From Girardia tigrina (Eukaryota), in contig MQRK01199850.1 in assembly GCA_001938485.1 (NCBI GenBank), positions 54,481 to 104,812 on the forward strand: 50,332 nucleotides of DNA, written 5' to 3'. The position numbers were made by a program, and so were the translations under genes. The notes beneath the pieces are model-generated. The model saw only the letters and a program-made list of their open reading frames with translations, did not search any database and was not told where the DNA came from. Shown piece by piece: positions 25,486 through 38,193 of this stretch (its first letter is position 1; each line of letters begins with the position of its first letter).

Positions 25486-28397
25486 TCGAAATTGTTACTG
25501 AAAATATGATTTTGTGAATACGAGTTTTATTTTCATTTCTAGTATCTTAAAGTTTATTTAATTTATAAGTCTATCCTAATTTTAGTTTCGTTTAAAGTTT
25601 AGCCTAAAGTTTCGTTTAAAGTTTAGTTTAGATTGAATTAGCGAATTTTAATGTTAGAATCAGATGTAATGAGTGATAAATAATAAATGAAATTAGAATA
25701 TTACTTCCATCCGAGACGCCCTCGGGATCATGTAGAATGATTTCTTTTAGGGATTGAGGCGAAAACCGAGTAAGATTATTCTAAAACGTTATTGTTAGGT
25801 TATTATTTGAAACCATCATTCAATGTTGTTAGCGGAATTGAAACGACTAAACAAATAGAGTTTAGATTTACTTGATAACTTGATTATAGGGTTTATATAT
25901 TTTAATAATTTATTTAATAATTGAATTTTATAATTGATTTAGTTGTTTTATGGTTTATTTAATAACTTAATTTTATTGATTTAGTTGTTTCATGGTTTAT
26001 AACTTAATTTTATGATTGATTTATTTTATAACTCAATTTGATCCACGAAATTAATAATTGAGAATCAATTCAAAATTATATTACCGAGAATTAATCTAAC
26101 TAAAGTATGAAGTTAATTTGTTGAAAATAAAATGATTTCAATAATAAAAGTACATGAAATTAGATAATAACAAAACAAAAACCTTTCTAAATCCGTTTAC
26201 ATATATTTTCACTGTTACAAAAGGTTACAGACTCGTAAAAAGGGGGCTTGATTGATATTTCTATCACAAAAATTATGAAATAATTCAATATTGAAGTTGG
26301 AACAACTTAAAATTGTTTCAAAACTATCTATTAATTTAATTCTAAATTTAGCGAGAATAAATCTAAAATCGGAAATCAACCTACTATCAGTGTTAAAAAC
26401 ATTTTAGAGGAAGTAATTGAGTAATGATTGATCCAATGAGCGAGTTAATTACGAGTCTCTTTAGGAAATAGAGCTGCCGATATTAATGTAAACATATTAG
26501 TCACTCATATAATGAAAGTATAACCGACAAGACACGAATGAAATAGGCGTAATTTCCGAACAATAAAATTCACCATACCTGGGAGAGTAAGGGGCTGATT
26601 GTCGATATACTGCTTAGGTGAATAAATCAATAGACATTGCCGTAAGTCACAGAAACGACACAACAATGCTGCAATTTTACTAGAACACATACACAACAGT
26701 GCAACAAGTTTTACATCACATAAAGATGATGATTCTGAGTAGATCATCCCAGAGCGACACTTTGCTAGGTGGGGGCCCATAGCTCATCCCATCTTTATAC
26801 GAACCCGCAGGCCCTTCAGACTCGGCACTGCTAGTCAGATGTCGAGCGAGAAAAGGCGTCCGACCCGTTTAAATAGGCAAATGTAAATAAACTTCGTAAA
26901 TCGGTGTTGGGTTGTGATTGACCCTTAACAATCACTGGGGGCTCAGGAGTCAACAGAAATGTTTTCACTCGAAACGGGCGTGACAAATTGAATGTTGAAC
27001 ACAATTTTGAATTTTGATTTAAATAAATCTTTATAAATTATTCTTGTGTTCTAACAGAACACTTGCTCGATTCTCCATTTATCTAGCAACCGTCTCATTG
27101 GGTCACTTCAGTAAACAGCCGCATTATCTGAAAAGAAATATTTCAGTGGTCCAAATTTAGAGCATACGCTATCTATATGCCAACTTATTTCCTCGGCGGA
27201 TTCACTACACAACTTTCTCCAAATACAAAATATTGTTGCTGAATCCACTAAGGTCAGATGCGCGATACAGTTGAAATAAGTCACATCGCTATAAAGTTGG
27301 TACCATACCTAGTCAGTTGACAATTTCCCATGTCGAAACTCAATTCATGGGGCTAGACAGATTTTTGAACAGTCAAGACATTGCTTGATAACTTCCTTAA
27401 CTTGATCCGACTTTACTGCATTAGTCCAATATTTTTCCCTCAACAGTTCACTCATCCTGTTGACTCCAAAGTGACAGATATCATGATTTTTCTTGATCTC
27501 ATCAATCCTTGGATACTGATTTCCTTCAATTGCGTTTACTTCCACTTTCCTGTTTAGCCATTGTTTAGGAACCGTGGTCAATTAATCTGCCATATTCAAT
27601 TGAGATTTCACCAATTCCAGTTTCACCTTCAGTTTTTCTTGATCTTTCAACTCTCTCATGATATCGAATCTTCGGCGTTCCAAATGTTCAGATAATATGC
27701 CGGTTCTTGGGTTCTGTGGATTCTTGAATACTGCCATGAGCCATCCATACACTGTTACTGAGTCCTTCATCAGCCTGAACTTATGAAAACCCTAGGTTAT
27801 TGCCAAGTCTAGTCCCCTTATATTCACATCCAGTTCAATCATATTAATATGGCTTGTATCGTCTTCTTTCCTTAACCAAGAGGTGTCTTCAACGATATCA
27901 CCGTTCTCACACACTAGTACGCCCATTTCTATACTACTTGCATCTGTCCAAATGACAACATTATTATTACAATTTACCACCCACTTGCCTGTTACTGGAT
28001 CTCCATCCATCCTCAGCTTTTTACAGATTACATTAACTTTCTCTATGATGTCTTTTCGCACTAATTCATCCCAGCCTATCTTTCATTTTGCGGGTAATCT
28101 CTGAATGTAGACACAAGCAAATCGTAACCATCCTGCAACTGGTACATGGCCTATCCACACCCCAAAAATTCCATGTACTTCTCTTTTCGTTGCTTTCTCA
28201 AGTTCCCTAGTTACGAGCTCTTGGTCTCCAGGTGTCGTATGCCGGCCCGTCCAACAGTATGACCAAGCATGAGACTTCTTTTTCCATTAGCCCGTCTACC
28301 TCGATGGCAAACGCGAATCTGAACGATCCAACGTTCGACGTCCTCCCCACCATAAAATTTCTTCAAATTACTGATGGATTTCATTGTCGCGATAGCT

Positions 28398-28473
28398 TTT
28401 AAAATAAGATGATTTTTTCGATTTTCAAAAACTATATTATTCAAACAAATTAGAATTAATCTATTAAATTACA
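28398..28473 (-). repeat. 5' LTR (76 bp)
   Basis: Minus strand TGTAATTT...TTTTAAA, preceded by TSD ATAAG. The gag ATG follows 12 bp later. Confidence 0.88.
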
Positions 28474-29631
28474 CTTATAAAAAAAGTTAATTTCTACAGT
28501 TATACATCTAAAGTTTTATAAATCTATTCTAAGATCTAACATCTTATTGGAAAAAGAATAAGGGTTTTTTATAGAAAAGAACTTTTCGTTGTAAGGAGCC
28601 TCATGCAATGTCGTATATCTTTGCTTTATAGAATTCTTTAAATAAATTACTCTACGTGATTAAAGTATTATTATAATATTGTATCTCTTTTTTATTTTTT
28701 TCATTTAAGGCATCAAAAATATGATCAATTACCAGCGTAAATCTAAAGGGACATTAAATTGCTGCTAATAATTAAATAAAATTTAGTTCATGAAAAATTT
28801 TCAAGAAATACTGTTTAGAATTCCGCTAATGCTTACACAATTTTTAATATGTAAAGTGAACAAAATTCTACGAGTTACGTAAATATTTTAGGAAAAATCC
28901 GTTTATACAAGTTGGTCGAGAAAATTTGAATGATTGATCGAACATAGGCTTTTTAAATGATTTAAATAAATGAACCGTTAAAATTTTTAATAAAAATCAA
29001 AAAGAAATTAAATTAAATTTAATTTCTTAATTTTAAATAATCCCCAGAAAATCACGTCGATGTGATAATTTTTCTTGATGTTTAAATATAAATATGTATC
29101 TATATTTTGTTAATTTATTGTTAAAAATCTCTTTTAAAATAATCTTGTAAAGCAGAATCACCGTGTTCGCGTCAAATCGATGAACTGAATTGTGAAATTT
29201 ATTAAAAAAATTGTTATTCAAAAAACATTTAATTTGAGTTTATAAATTTTATTGTAAAAAGAATTTATAATTGTTAATTGGAAATTGTTTGAAAGGTTGA
29301 TTTGTTTAAATCAATAAATTAAATCATAATTGTGAATTGTAAATTTGATTACGTTGATATTTAGTGATTGGAATTTGAATAAATATTAGTCGGCGAATTG
29401 GTTTTGTTTTTTTGAAGAGAATAAATAAAAAATATCGGAAATAATTGCGAAAATTTGAAATCATAATTTAATGAATTGAAAGCTAATTTAATAAATCCAA
29501 ATTTCCATTTTGGTAGCAGAGCGCAGTTTAATTTTAGAATTAAAGAAGATAATGATTCAAGCGACACAGTCGCAAATTACGAAATTGAATCTAATTGAAT
29601 CTAAACTGTTATGAAAATAAATGTGTATTAA

Positions 29632-29896
29632 CACTAGATTTACAGACTGAGCCGATTTGACTCATTAAAAATTATATTGTTATATACATATAAAACTGAA
29701 ATATATATTTTTTAAATACATATGATGGTTTTTAGTTACGCAATGAAATATAGGTTACTCCACTCTTCAGATTCCCTCATTTCGCATATTTGAATGTGGT
29801 TTAAATATTTCTACGGCTATGAGATCGCTTGTTGTATGAGTCAAATTGACTTACTTCAGTAAAATAGGTATATAATAAACCATTATAAATCTAGTG
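29632..29896. mobile_element. piggyBac-type MITE
   Basis: TTAA|CACTAGATTTA ... TAAATCTAGTG|TTAA, with internal inverted motif atttgactca / tgagtcaaat. Confidence 0.85.
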
Positions 29897-30714
29897 TTAA
29901 GAACACTAATTGAATTTTCAATACATTTATTTTTATCAACTTGAATTACCACTACGACAATTCTACACAAAATTTGTGTAGCTAGTCATCGTTCTTTCTT
30001 GAAATATTTTCAATAATATTTCTAAACGTCGTATTATTCAAAAAAAAATTAATTACAATTTAATTTACAATTTGATTTCAAAATCGAATTATAATTTAAA
30101 TTACAAAATAATTTTTATTTATTTTAAGAAAAATATTTTAAATATATTATTTATGATATATTAATTTAATTTATAGTTGGTTACTTTAATTTTAAAATTA
30201 ATTAAATAATATGACGTTTTAAAATATTTAAAATATAAATCTTTCATCTGGGTGGTAGAAAAATAATCATTAAACAACATACCAAACAACATACAATAAA
30301 CACCATTCAAAATATTCCTCATAGTGTGAGAACCTATATTGGTGTTCATAATAACTTAAAAGCTATTTAAGCGAAGAATATTTGGTAAAATATTTAGTTA
30401 ATTTAATTTAATTAGATGCCTCAATTATTTTTCAAGAATGAACCAGTATATATAAGCTTTTGCCAAAGAAAAATAGTCAAACTTAAGGCCTTACAATACA
30501 TCAAATTTGCAGGTAATTTCCGACTTTAATTCTTCAAATAATTTCAACGGATTTTGAACTCGCTATATAATATGCCTTTTCAATCTAATTTTTCATCTAT
30601 GAGGTTCATGGCTGCTTTTTTTAATTAAACTGATAATAATTAAACTGAATCATATGTATATTTATAGTTAATTATAACTCTATTTTATCAGTATATAAAT
30701 AATACTACTTTAAT

Positions 30715-32600
30715 TTTAATTTTATGATATTAAGTTGATAAATTATTCATGTTCCTTTATAGGCTTTGTGACTTTTTCTACCACATCTATAAATATGACT
30801 GTGGTACTCCGAAGAAAAACTCTAAAAAATAAATTGTTAATTAATGTGTAAAAATGTATTAAGAAATGCATAAATAAAAAATGATCATTATGAACAACCT
30901 GTTTAAATGGTTTGGTGTTCGTTCATTCCAAACCCGTTTGATCCACGTTCGTTCATCCCGAATTTTTTCGTTTGTTCATTCCGAATTTATGTTAAAGGAC
31001 CAACTTTGGTAGATTTACCTTTTTTGGTTGTTTTAATTTACTTTTTTTCTTTTTTCTTTTTTTGCATAAGATTACATATAAACCCGACATTTAAATACAA
31101 AATAGTTACATACATAAATCTTAGAATTTAATTGAAAAAATTTTTTTATCTTATAAAAAGAAAGTGAATTTCAGCAGAGTACAAAAGTGAGCAGATAGAA
31201 GTGTTGAGTTTAGTGACAGATATTATATTTAATTAATTTTTTCCAACATTTCAATTTTCCTTTATTCTCTGAAAAGATTCCTATTTGAACTTAACTATTC
31301 AGTATATTAATTGTAAGATTAAGTCTATGTTAGTAGTTGAATTATTAAGAATAAACAAGAGTTAAGAAGTATAAGTTCGGCTCAATAGATTTAGTAAGTT
31401 TCGGCTCAATTAACGTTAAATAGGGTATAGGTTAAGGTTAAAGGGCTTATATAAATAATTTTTATATTTTCTTTCTTTGTGTGAAGTATTATTATTTGTA
31501 CTGTGATAGATTTAAAATATTATTATATTGATAAATTGTTGTCTTTTGATTTGGCTTTGAAGAAATTTAAATTTAATAAATTAATAAATTGAGAATAAAA
31601 GTAATTAGTAAATAAAGATCTTTTATTAAATAAATATAATATCTGTCCCTATATACAACACTTTTATTTACTCACTTTTATACTCTGCTGAACTTCACCT
31701 TCTTTTATAAGATAAAGAAGTTTTTTCAATTAAATTCTAAGATGTAAGTATGTAACTATTATCTTATAAAAAAAATTAAAAAAACCAAAAAAGGTAAATT
31801 TACCAAAGTTTGTCCTTTAAAATAAATTTAGGATGAAAGAACAGGATACCGTTTAAATATATGTTCAAAATTTGAATGGCAATGAAAAAAATATTTCGTC
31901 ACCATGTTCATCTTTTACTTTATTTTTAATAACCGATGTGTTTCATCCTTTGAAACCGCGCTTAACATAAAAATGTGCGCGAATTCAAAGTTCACGATTA
32001 GTTACAACAGATGGCTCGAACCGTTGATGCAGCACTGAAGTAACAAGGGGATTCTTGTGGTCTCCTAACAAACGGTCTTCTGTAGCACCGTCTATGCAAT
32101 CCTAAACTGATACTTGTTAATTGAATTCGGGAGTCTCCGTCCACCACCGATCCGAACGTCTTCTGAGATACAAACCTCATCTTTAGGCACGACGATATGA
32201 TGACTCCGCTTAGCAGCCGGAACGAGCTCTTAAACAGTCAGAAGCCGTCGAAGCGTAACAGGATTGCACGGTTTGTCGCACAGCCGATTGGGGCGGTGGA
32301 CCGGACCAAAAGTAACCTATCGAAATATTTTTTTGCAAATAATCAATTACTAAAAGAATTGACAATTTATTTAAATAAACAAAAAAAATTTCATGAAGTT
32401 TTTTATGAGATTCTTAAAAGTTAAGAAAGATTTAAAATTATAATAGCGTATCTAATATTTTTTGTTTAAATAATGAAATTGGAGATTCTTGCAAATTATT
32501 TGAAAATTTTTCCATTATTTATTGATGTTTTAGTAGACTTTCAGAGTGGGTCTTTGTTTTGGAATGTTTTGAAGAACACGTTGGTTTCCAAATTCTTTCA
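30715..32600. repeat. Copy 1 of a ~0.9-kb inverted duplication (carries the 942-bp foldback insertion)
   Basis: Reverse-complement match to 34522-35475, e.g. the shared peptide MTPLSSRxELLNSQKPSKRN..FVAQPIGAVD and matching flanks. Confidence 0.88.
30909..31850. mobile_element. Foldback MITE with long TIRs and an 8-bp TSD (Merlin- or Mutator-like)
   Basis: GGT...ACC ends, gtttaaat duplicated at 30901-30908 and 31851-31858, arms of roughly 200-300 bp. Absent from the paralogous copy near 35300. Confidence 0.88.
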
Positions 32601-34010
32601 GAAATGTCTTTACTAATGTCTTACAAATTTCTTTGTGCACTTGATGATTCACGAACAAACAAAATATTTTTTTTAAAATTATTTTTATGTTTTTAAAGTA
32701 TTAACTTAAAAAAATTTTATTATAAGATGAAAAAATGAATAAATAAAAAAATAATGAAATTAACCAAAAACCAGATTTTACATATTCGTTCTTTCCTACA
32801 CAGCGAAGATAGAGTATACAGAATGTATTCCTCGGTAAATTTATGTATTTTAAAATACAATTTACGAAAATGAAAAATATTTAAAATTATTTGAAAATAT
32901 TCTTTAAAATACATGTAAAATGGTGAAGCTATGCCTTATTATTGCCTTCAACAGATCACTCAAGTGAACTCATACATGTTTTATTTTCTTTAGAACAATT
33001 TTATTTTAATTTCCTCTTATTCTGAAAATGTTTTACAATCGAAAGTTTTTCTAAATCATGTAATAGTTAAAAAATACATATAAGCGGAATAAATAATAAA
33101 TTGATTAAAAACCTGACTTCATTATTTATATATTTTTTTTAATTTATTTCCAATTTGTGAATATTAAATTTTTTTTCAAGTATGATTTCCTGAGATAAAC
33201 CAAAATCTAATCTTTATAAAAAGAAATATTCTCAGTGATTTATTGTTCCTACACTTGTTTCATTTCTGTCAAAGTAAATCATAAAATTTTTTTTGGAAAT
33301 TAATAAATAATTATATAACTGAATTTATGTGAAAATATAAATAAATATACAAAATAAATAAAATTAATAAATTAAATTTGCAAAGGTAAATAAAATAATT
33401 CATAATGACGAATTAATATTTTTTTTAATTGTCATAAAAATGTCATTTCGTAATTTTTATGTAAATATTATTTTTAAAATTTAATTTTCTTGGCAAATAA
33501 CCCTTCATAATTTAAAAAAAATAAGAGATAATATACGATAATTATTGTGCCAATAAATCATAAATAGTTAATAAATTAATTAATTAATTATTTTCAAAAT
33601 AAATCCAGGGGAAATATCTTTTGTGTTTAAAATCATTCATTCATAAATATATTAATTGAAGTTTTATTTTAATTATATTTTTAATAACATCAAAAATATT
33701 AAAAGAAAATATTTACTTTTTACATTTTTTTATAAATAACTTAAAAATCGAGAAAAATGATATCTAAATAATTTAATCGAAATTATATTTAAATTGATCA
33801 AATATTAAAATGAAGATCATATTAAATTATTTATTCTTTTGATTTATCCTTTAGATTCATTAAACTAAACACTAAGAGATGTAATATGTGGGGTCTCAAA
33901 TCTTTAATGTTGTTATTATGCATTTTTGAAAACTGAATAACTTCATTTCACATAAAAATTGCCAAGTTTAGACGGATTTTCCAATTTTTTTCAAAGTAAA
34001 TTTAATATAA

Positions 34011-34418
34011 CGGATAACATGAAATAGTAGGACACCTACTATTTTAATAGTAGGTGGAAAAAAATTGAAAAGGCGCCCAATATTGGTTTACACCTACTAT
34101 TTGGTGCTTTTGTTTTGANNNNNNNNNNNNNNNNNNNNNNNNNNNNNNNNNNNNNNNNNNNNNNNNNNNNNNNNNNNNNNNNNNNNNNNNNNNNNNNNNN
34201 NNNNNNNNNNNNNNNNNNNNNNNNNNNNNNNNNNNNNNNNNNNNNNNNNNNNNNNNNNNNNNNNNNNNNNNNNNNNNNNNNNNNNNNNNNNNNNNNNNNN
34301 NNNNNNNNGATACACCTACTATTTGATTCCACCTACTATTTTAATAGTAGGTGGAAAATTTTTTGAAAACTTCATTACACCTACTATTTCATGTCCACCT
34401 ACTATTTGATGTTATCCG
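34011..34418. mobile_element. MITE with TIRs and iterated cacctactattt motifs, spanning a gap
   Basis: cggataacatgaaatagtagg ... cctactatttgatgttatccg. Confidence 0.7.
34119..34308. other. Assembly gap
   Basis: Run of N. Confidence 1.
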
Positions 34419-34521
34419 TTAATTTTGTTTTTAAAATGAGTAAATTTATCTTTGAACACCATGTTTTTATATTTTAAACAAGTAAAAATTCCAATCAACA
34501 ACGAAAGTTGTAAATACATAT

Positions 34522-35475
34522 ATGAAAAAAATTGGAAACCAACGTGGTCTTCAAAACATTCCAAAAAAATGCCCACTCTAAAAGTCTACTAAAACATCAA
34601 TAAATAATGGAAAAATTTTCAAATGATTTACAAGAAATTCCATTTTCATTATTTAGACAAAAATATTGGATACGCTATTATAATTTTAAATCTTTCTTAA
34701 CTTTTAAGAATCTCAATAAAAAAACTTAATGAAAATTTTTTTTGTTTATTTAAATAAATTGTCAATCCTTTGAGCAATTGATTATTTGCAAAAAATATTT
34801 CGATAGGGTAATTTTGGTCCAGTCCACCGCCCCAATCGGCTGTGCGACGAACCGTGCAATCGTGTTACGCTTCGACGGCTTCTGACTGTTTAAAAGCTCG
34901 TCCCGGCTGCTAAGTGGAGTCATCGTATCATCGAGCATAACAATGAGGTCTGTATCCCAGAAGACGTCCAGATCAGTGGTGGACGGAGATCCCTGTTCGT
35001 TGGGGACTACTGGGACCCGGTCAGAGAATTCAATTAACAAGTTTAAGTTTTTGATTGCATGGACGACAGAAGACCATTTGTGAGAAGACCACAAGAATCC
35101 CCTTTTGATTCGATGCGGGATAAACGATTCGAGCCGTCCGTTGAAACTCGTCATGATCTTCTTTCAAATTCGCGCACATTTTGATGTTAAGCGCGGTTTC
35201 AATGGATGAAACATATTGATTATTAAAAATGAAGTAAAAGATTAACATGGTGACAAAATATTATTTGTTTTTAAATTGCCAGTCAAATTTTGTACATGTA
35301 TTTAAACAGGTTCTTCATATTGCACATTTTTTATTTATGCATTTCTTAAATACATTTTTTACAAATTAATTAAAAATTTATTTTTAAAGGTTTTTCTGTT
35401 TATAGATGAGGTCGAAAAAGTCACAAAGCTTATAAAGGAACATGAATAATTCATCATTTTAATATAATAAAATAT
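34522..35475. repeat. Copy 2 of the inverted duplication
   Basis: Reverse-complement match to 30715-32600 without the foldback insertion. Confidence 0.88.
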
Positions 35476-36849
35476 AATATAATAAAAATATAATTAAGGT
35501 TTCCTAATTCGTGCTTTACAAACTTAAAATTGACTGAAGCTAAAATATTTATGTGGATAAATAAATAACATGGCCATAGGAGGACATAGATACAAAATTA
35601 CTTATAAAATTGACAGGTTTATAATTTTTTCCACAAACTCAATAAACCAAAAAAAGTGTTTAATTCCACAAGATAAAAAATAACACAGAATCATGAAAAA
35701 TTAAAGAAAAATTTTTAATTTAAAATATTAATTAATTTTATATTATGACAAATAAATTTTGTATGATTTATTGAATTTAATTATTTTCATTAATTCAATT
35801 TTCTTTTTGAAAATCTAATTTTAATCTTTATTAGAGAATTTTTTTATGAATTTCCGAATATAATTGAACTACTCAACATTTCGAATTTCAAAACTTCATT
35901 AACAACAGGAAATTGGAATTTTCCAAAAATAAAAGATTAATGCTTAGCGAAATTGAAGAGTTTCAATTAGAAATTATCAGAATCAATTAAAGATTTATTA
36001 ACTTTAATTTATTGGAATTTTCCACCAATATTTATTATATCCTTTTCATTTGAATGCCAATTTGATTAACAAAAGAAATAATGGTTTTTTCTTTACTTTT
36101 TTTAAGGAGAAAACATATTGGTTTAAATGAAAGATTCTTCGTTTTATAATAATTAAAAAATCACAAATATTTTTCGCATATTAATTATTAATAATATGAC
36201 ACAGTTGTAATGACTGTCGATGGAAAATTACATTATGATCGCGTTGTGAGGAATATTTTAAATCGTGTGTGCATGTGGTGTGTCTATTTGAGTGTGCTGA
36301 AATCGGAATTGTGATTCTCTCACCCGGTTGGAAAATTGGTGTTTCTCTGTATTTGCGATAAGTGATCATTCGAACAGAATTTACGTTTTTAAAATTAATG
36401 AAAAGTTATTTATCTGGTAAAATGTAAATTTTAAAAGTAACAATAAAGGATAATTTTTGATATAAGTAATATTTGTCAAAACTTAAAACAAACATATTTA
36501 ATGTTTTAATTAAACACATTTTAGAAGTTTGAATAATTTTAAAATTAGTTTAATTATTTTTTATAATTTTATGAAATATTTTAAAGTTAAAAATAATAAA
36601 TGTTCGGAAAATTTTTTGAATAATCATTATTAAGAAGACAGAAATAAAAGAATTTAGAGGGATGTCAAACAATGTGATGACACTAAATCTTGTAGTAATA
36701 ATTTTTTGCATATTAATTGTGTCGATTCTCTTAACACAAGTTACATACTAAGCGCTATAAGTACTGCACTTAGTACTGTTAAGAAGTTGTTTGCTAGATT
36801 TTGAAAAGATAAATTTTACCTAAACATCAGAACTAATAATGACATAATT

Positions 36850-37500
36850 TGACCGAAATTCACTTCAAAACTTCATAAATGTGTTAGGGTACAAAAATAT
36901 GATATTAAAATCTATTTTCGAAGTTTTACATTAAATTTTCTAATAAAAATTAAATTTTTGAAATTTTCTCACACAATTGTGCACAATATGGTCTTCTCAT
37001 TTAAACAAACAATTCTCAATTATGTGAATAATGGGCGAAGTATCCAGTTTCCAAATTAATTTCTTTTATCAAATCTTTTAATCCAGAATAATGATGTATT
37101 TTGACATTATCCATAATAAACACTGGATTTACAATGCCCTTTTTTGAGAAAAAAATTTCAGTTGAACAAATATGGCTTAAATCTTCACCTTTTTATTCCT
37201 TGTCATGAAATTTTATTCGTGGCAGCCAGAACGGAAATGTTTCTAGTTCTTACAACAGAAACATTTACCGGATTCTTCTGAAAATAAGCCCATGAGCGTA
37301 TTTTTAGCTGGGACTGTTTTCGGAAAATATCTTGAAATTACTTTTTTTTGAAGAAAAAGTACGGTAGATTTTATAAAATTATGTATATTTATATTTAATT
37401 TGTGCAATGAAGATTTTTCGCACAAAAAATACAACTTTCCGAAACATTTCCAGGGATTATTTACAGAATTATCCGGTACATTTGCATTAGTACCTACAAG
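36850..37500 (-). mobile_element. IS630/Tc1-like (DDE_3) transposase relic
   Basis: Minus strand reads RTRNISVLAA...GEDFKPYL...NPVFIMDNVKIHHYSGLKDLIKEINLETGYFAHYS. Confidence 0.65.
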
Positions 37501-37520
37501 AGATTTTCCTTTTTGTGGTT

Positions 37521-38193
37521 TTGTAGATGTTATGCCGAATTTGTATAATTGCCAAATTCACGAACTCGGAAATTTTTTTAAGAAATTTTTTATTCAATTA
37601 ATGTTATTATTTAATATGAAAAAATATGTATCTAATATGAAAAAAAGCAATTTAATATGAAAAATTATCAACTTATTATGAAAAAATATTGATTCAATAC
37701 GAAAAAAATCAATTTAATTTGAAAAAATATCGATTTAATAAGAAAAAAATCAATTTAATTTGAAAAAAATATCGATTTAATATGAAAAATGCTTTCAAAA
37801 TACAAACGTTTGTAATTCACTTGCCACCAAGGAAGAAGTTTAAATAACTATGAATAAAAATTTTACATTTGTAATCTATTTTGCATAATAAATTAAGATT
37901 TTTTGTATTAATAAAATAATTAAATATTAATTAAATTTATTTTTTTCATATTATATTGATAATCTTTAATGATAAATTGATATTTTTGTCATAATAAATA
38001 CAGTATTTTTGATATTAAATTGATCATTTTTCATGTTACATACATATTTATTCATATTAAATAGATAATCTTTCATTTTAAATTGAGAAATTTTCATTTC
38101 GAAATGAAAATTTATCATATAAATATTGAAATCGGCAAAAATTGACTAGTTCACAAACTCGGCAATTACATAAATTCGGCATAACATAGACAC
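37521..38193. mobile_element. Foldback-type MITE with internal ~20-bp tandem repeats
   Basis: TIRs atgttatgccgaattt..aattgcc / ggcaatt..aaattcggcataacat. The left half has aaaaatatcgatttaatatg-like units and the right half has their reverse complement. Confidence 0.72.

Larger units (their letters stand above)
23935..27056 (+). mobile_element. Unclassified ~3.1-kb insertion splitting the gypsy integrase core
   Basis: The integrase reads ..DKWRIEQVF up to 27057 and resumes AAYRYQRNGMCER at ~23933. The right end AATAAA...TTCTAACA resembles an LTR 3' end. No TSD is visible. Confidence 0.7.
23259..28473 (-). mobile_element. Ty3/gypsy element with 76-bp LTRs, internal PR/RT deletion and a nested insert
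   Basis: LTRs 23259-23334 and 28398-28473 (4 differences). TSD cttat at 23254-23258 and 28474-28478. PPT GGGGGAA abuts the 3' LTR. gag start (KKFYGGEDVERWI), RNase H (WTDASS, HINMIEL), integrase (HDICHFGVNR..CLDC; SDNAAVY; GMCERNH). Confidence 0.9.

Noticed and set aside
28500-28950. Chain of micro-exons and 40-50-nt introns
   Set aside because: No stop-free spliced frame in the standard code. GT..AG pairs arise readily in AT-rich DNA, and the region may be an old transposase relic.
34800-35050. RNase MRP-like AGUCCCC/GGGGC motifs
   Set aside because: The flanking conserved residues are missing and the segment is absent from the other copy.
37600-37790. CRISPR-like periodic repeats
   Set aside because: Degenerate AT-rich tandem units without unique spacers, inside a foldback MITE, in a eukaryotic context with no cas genes.
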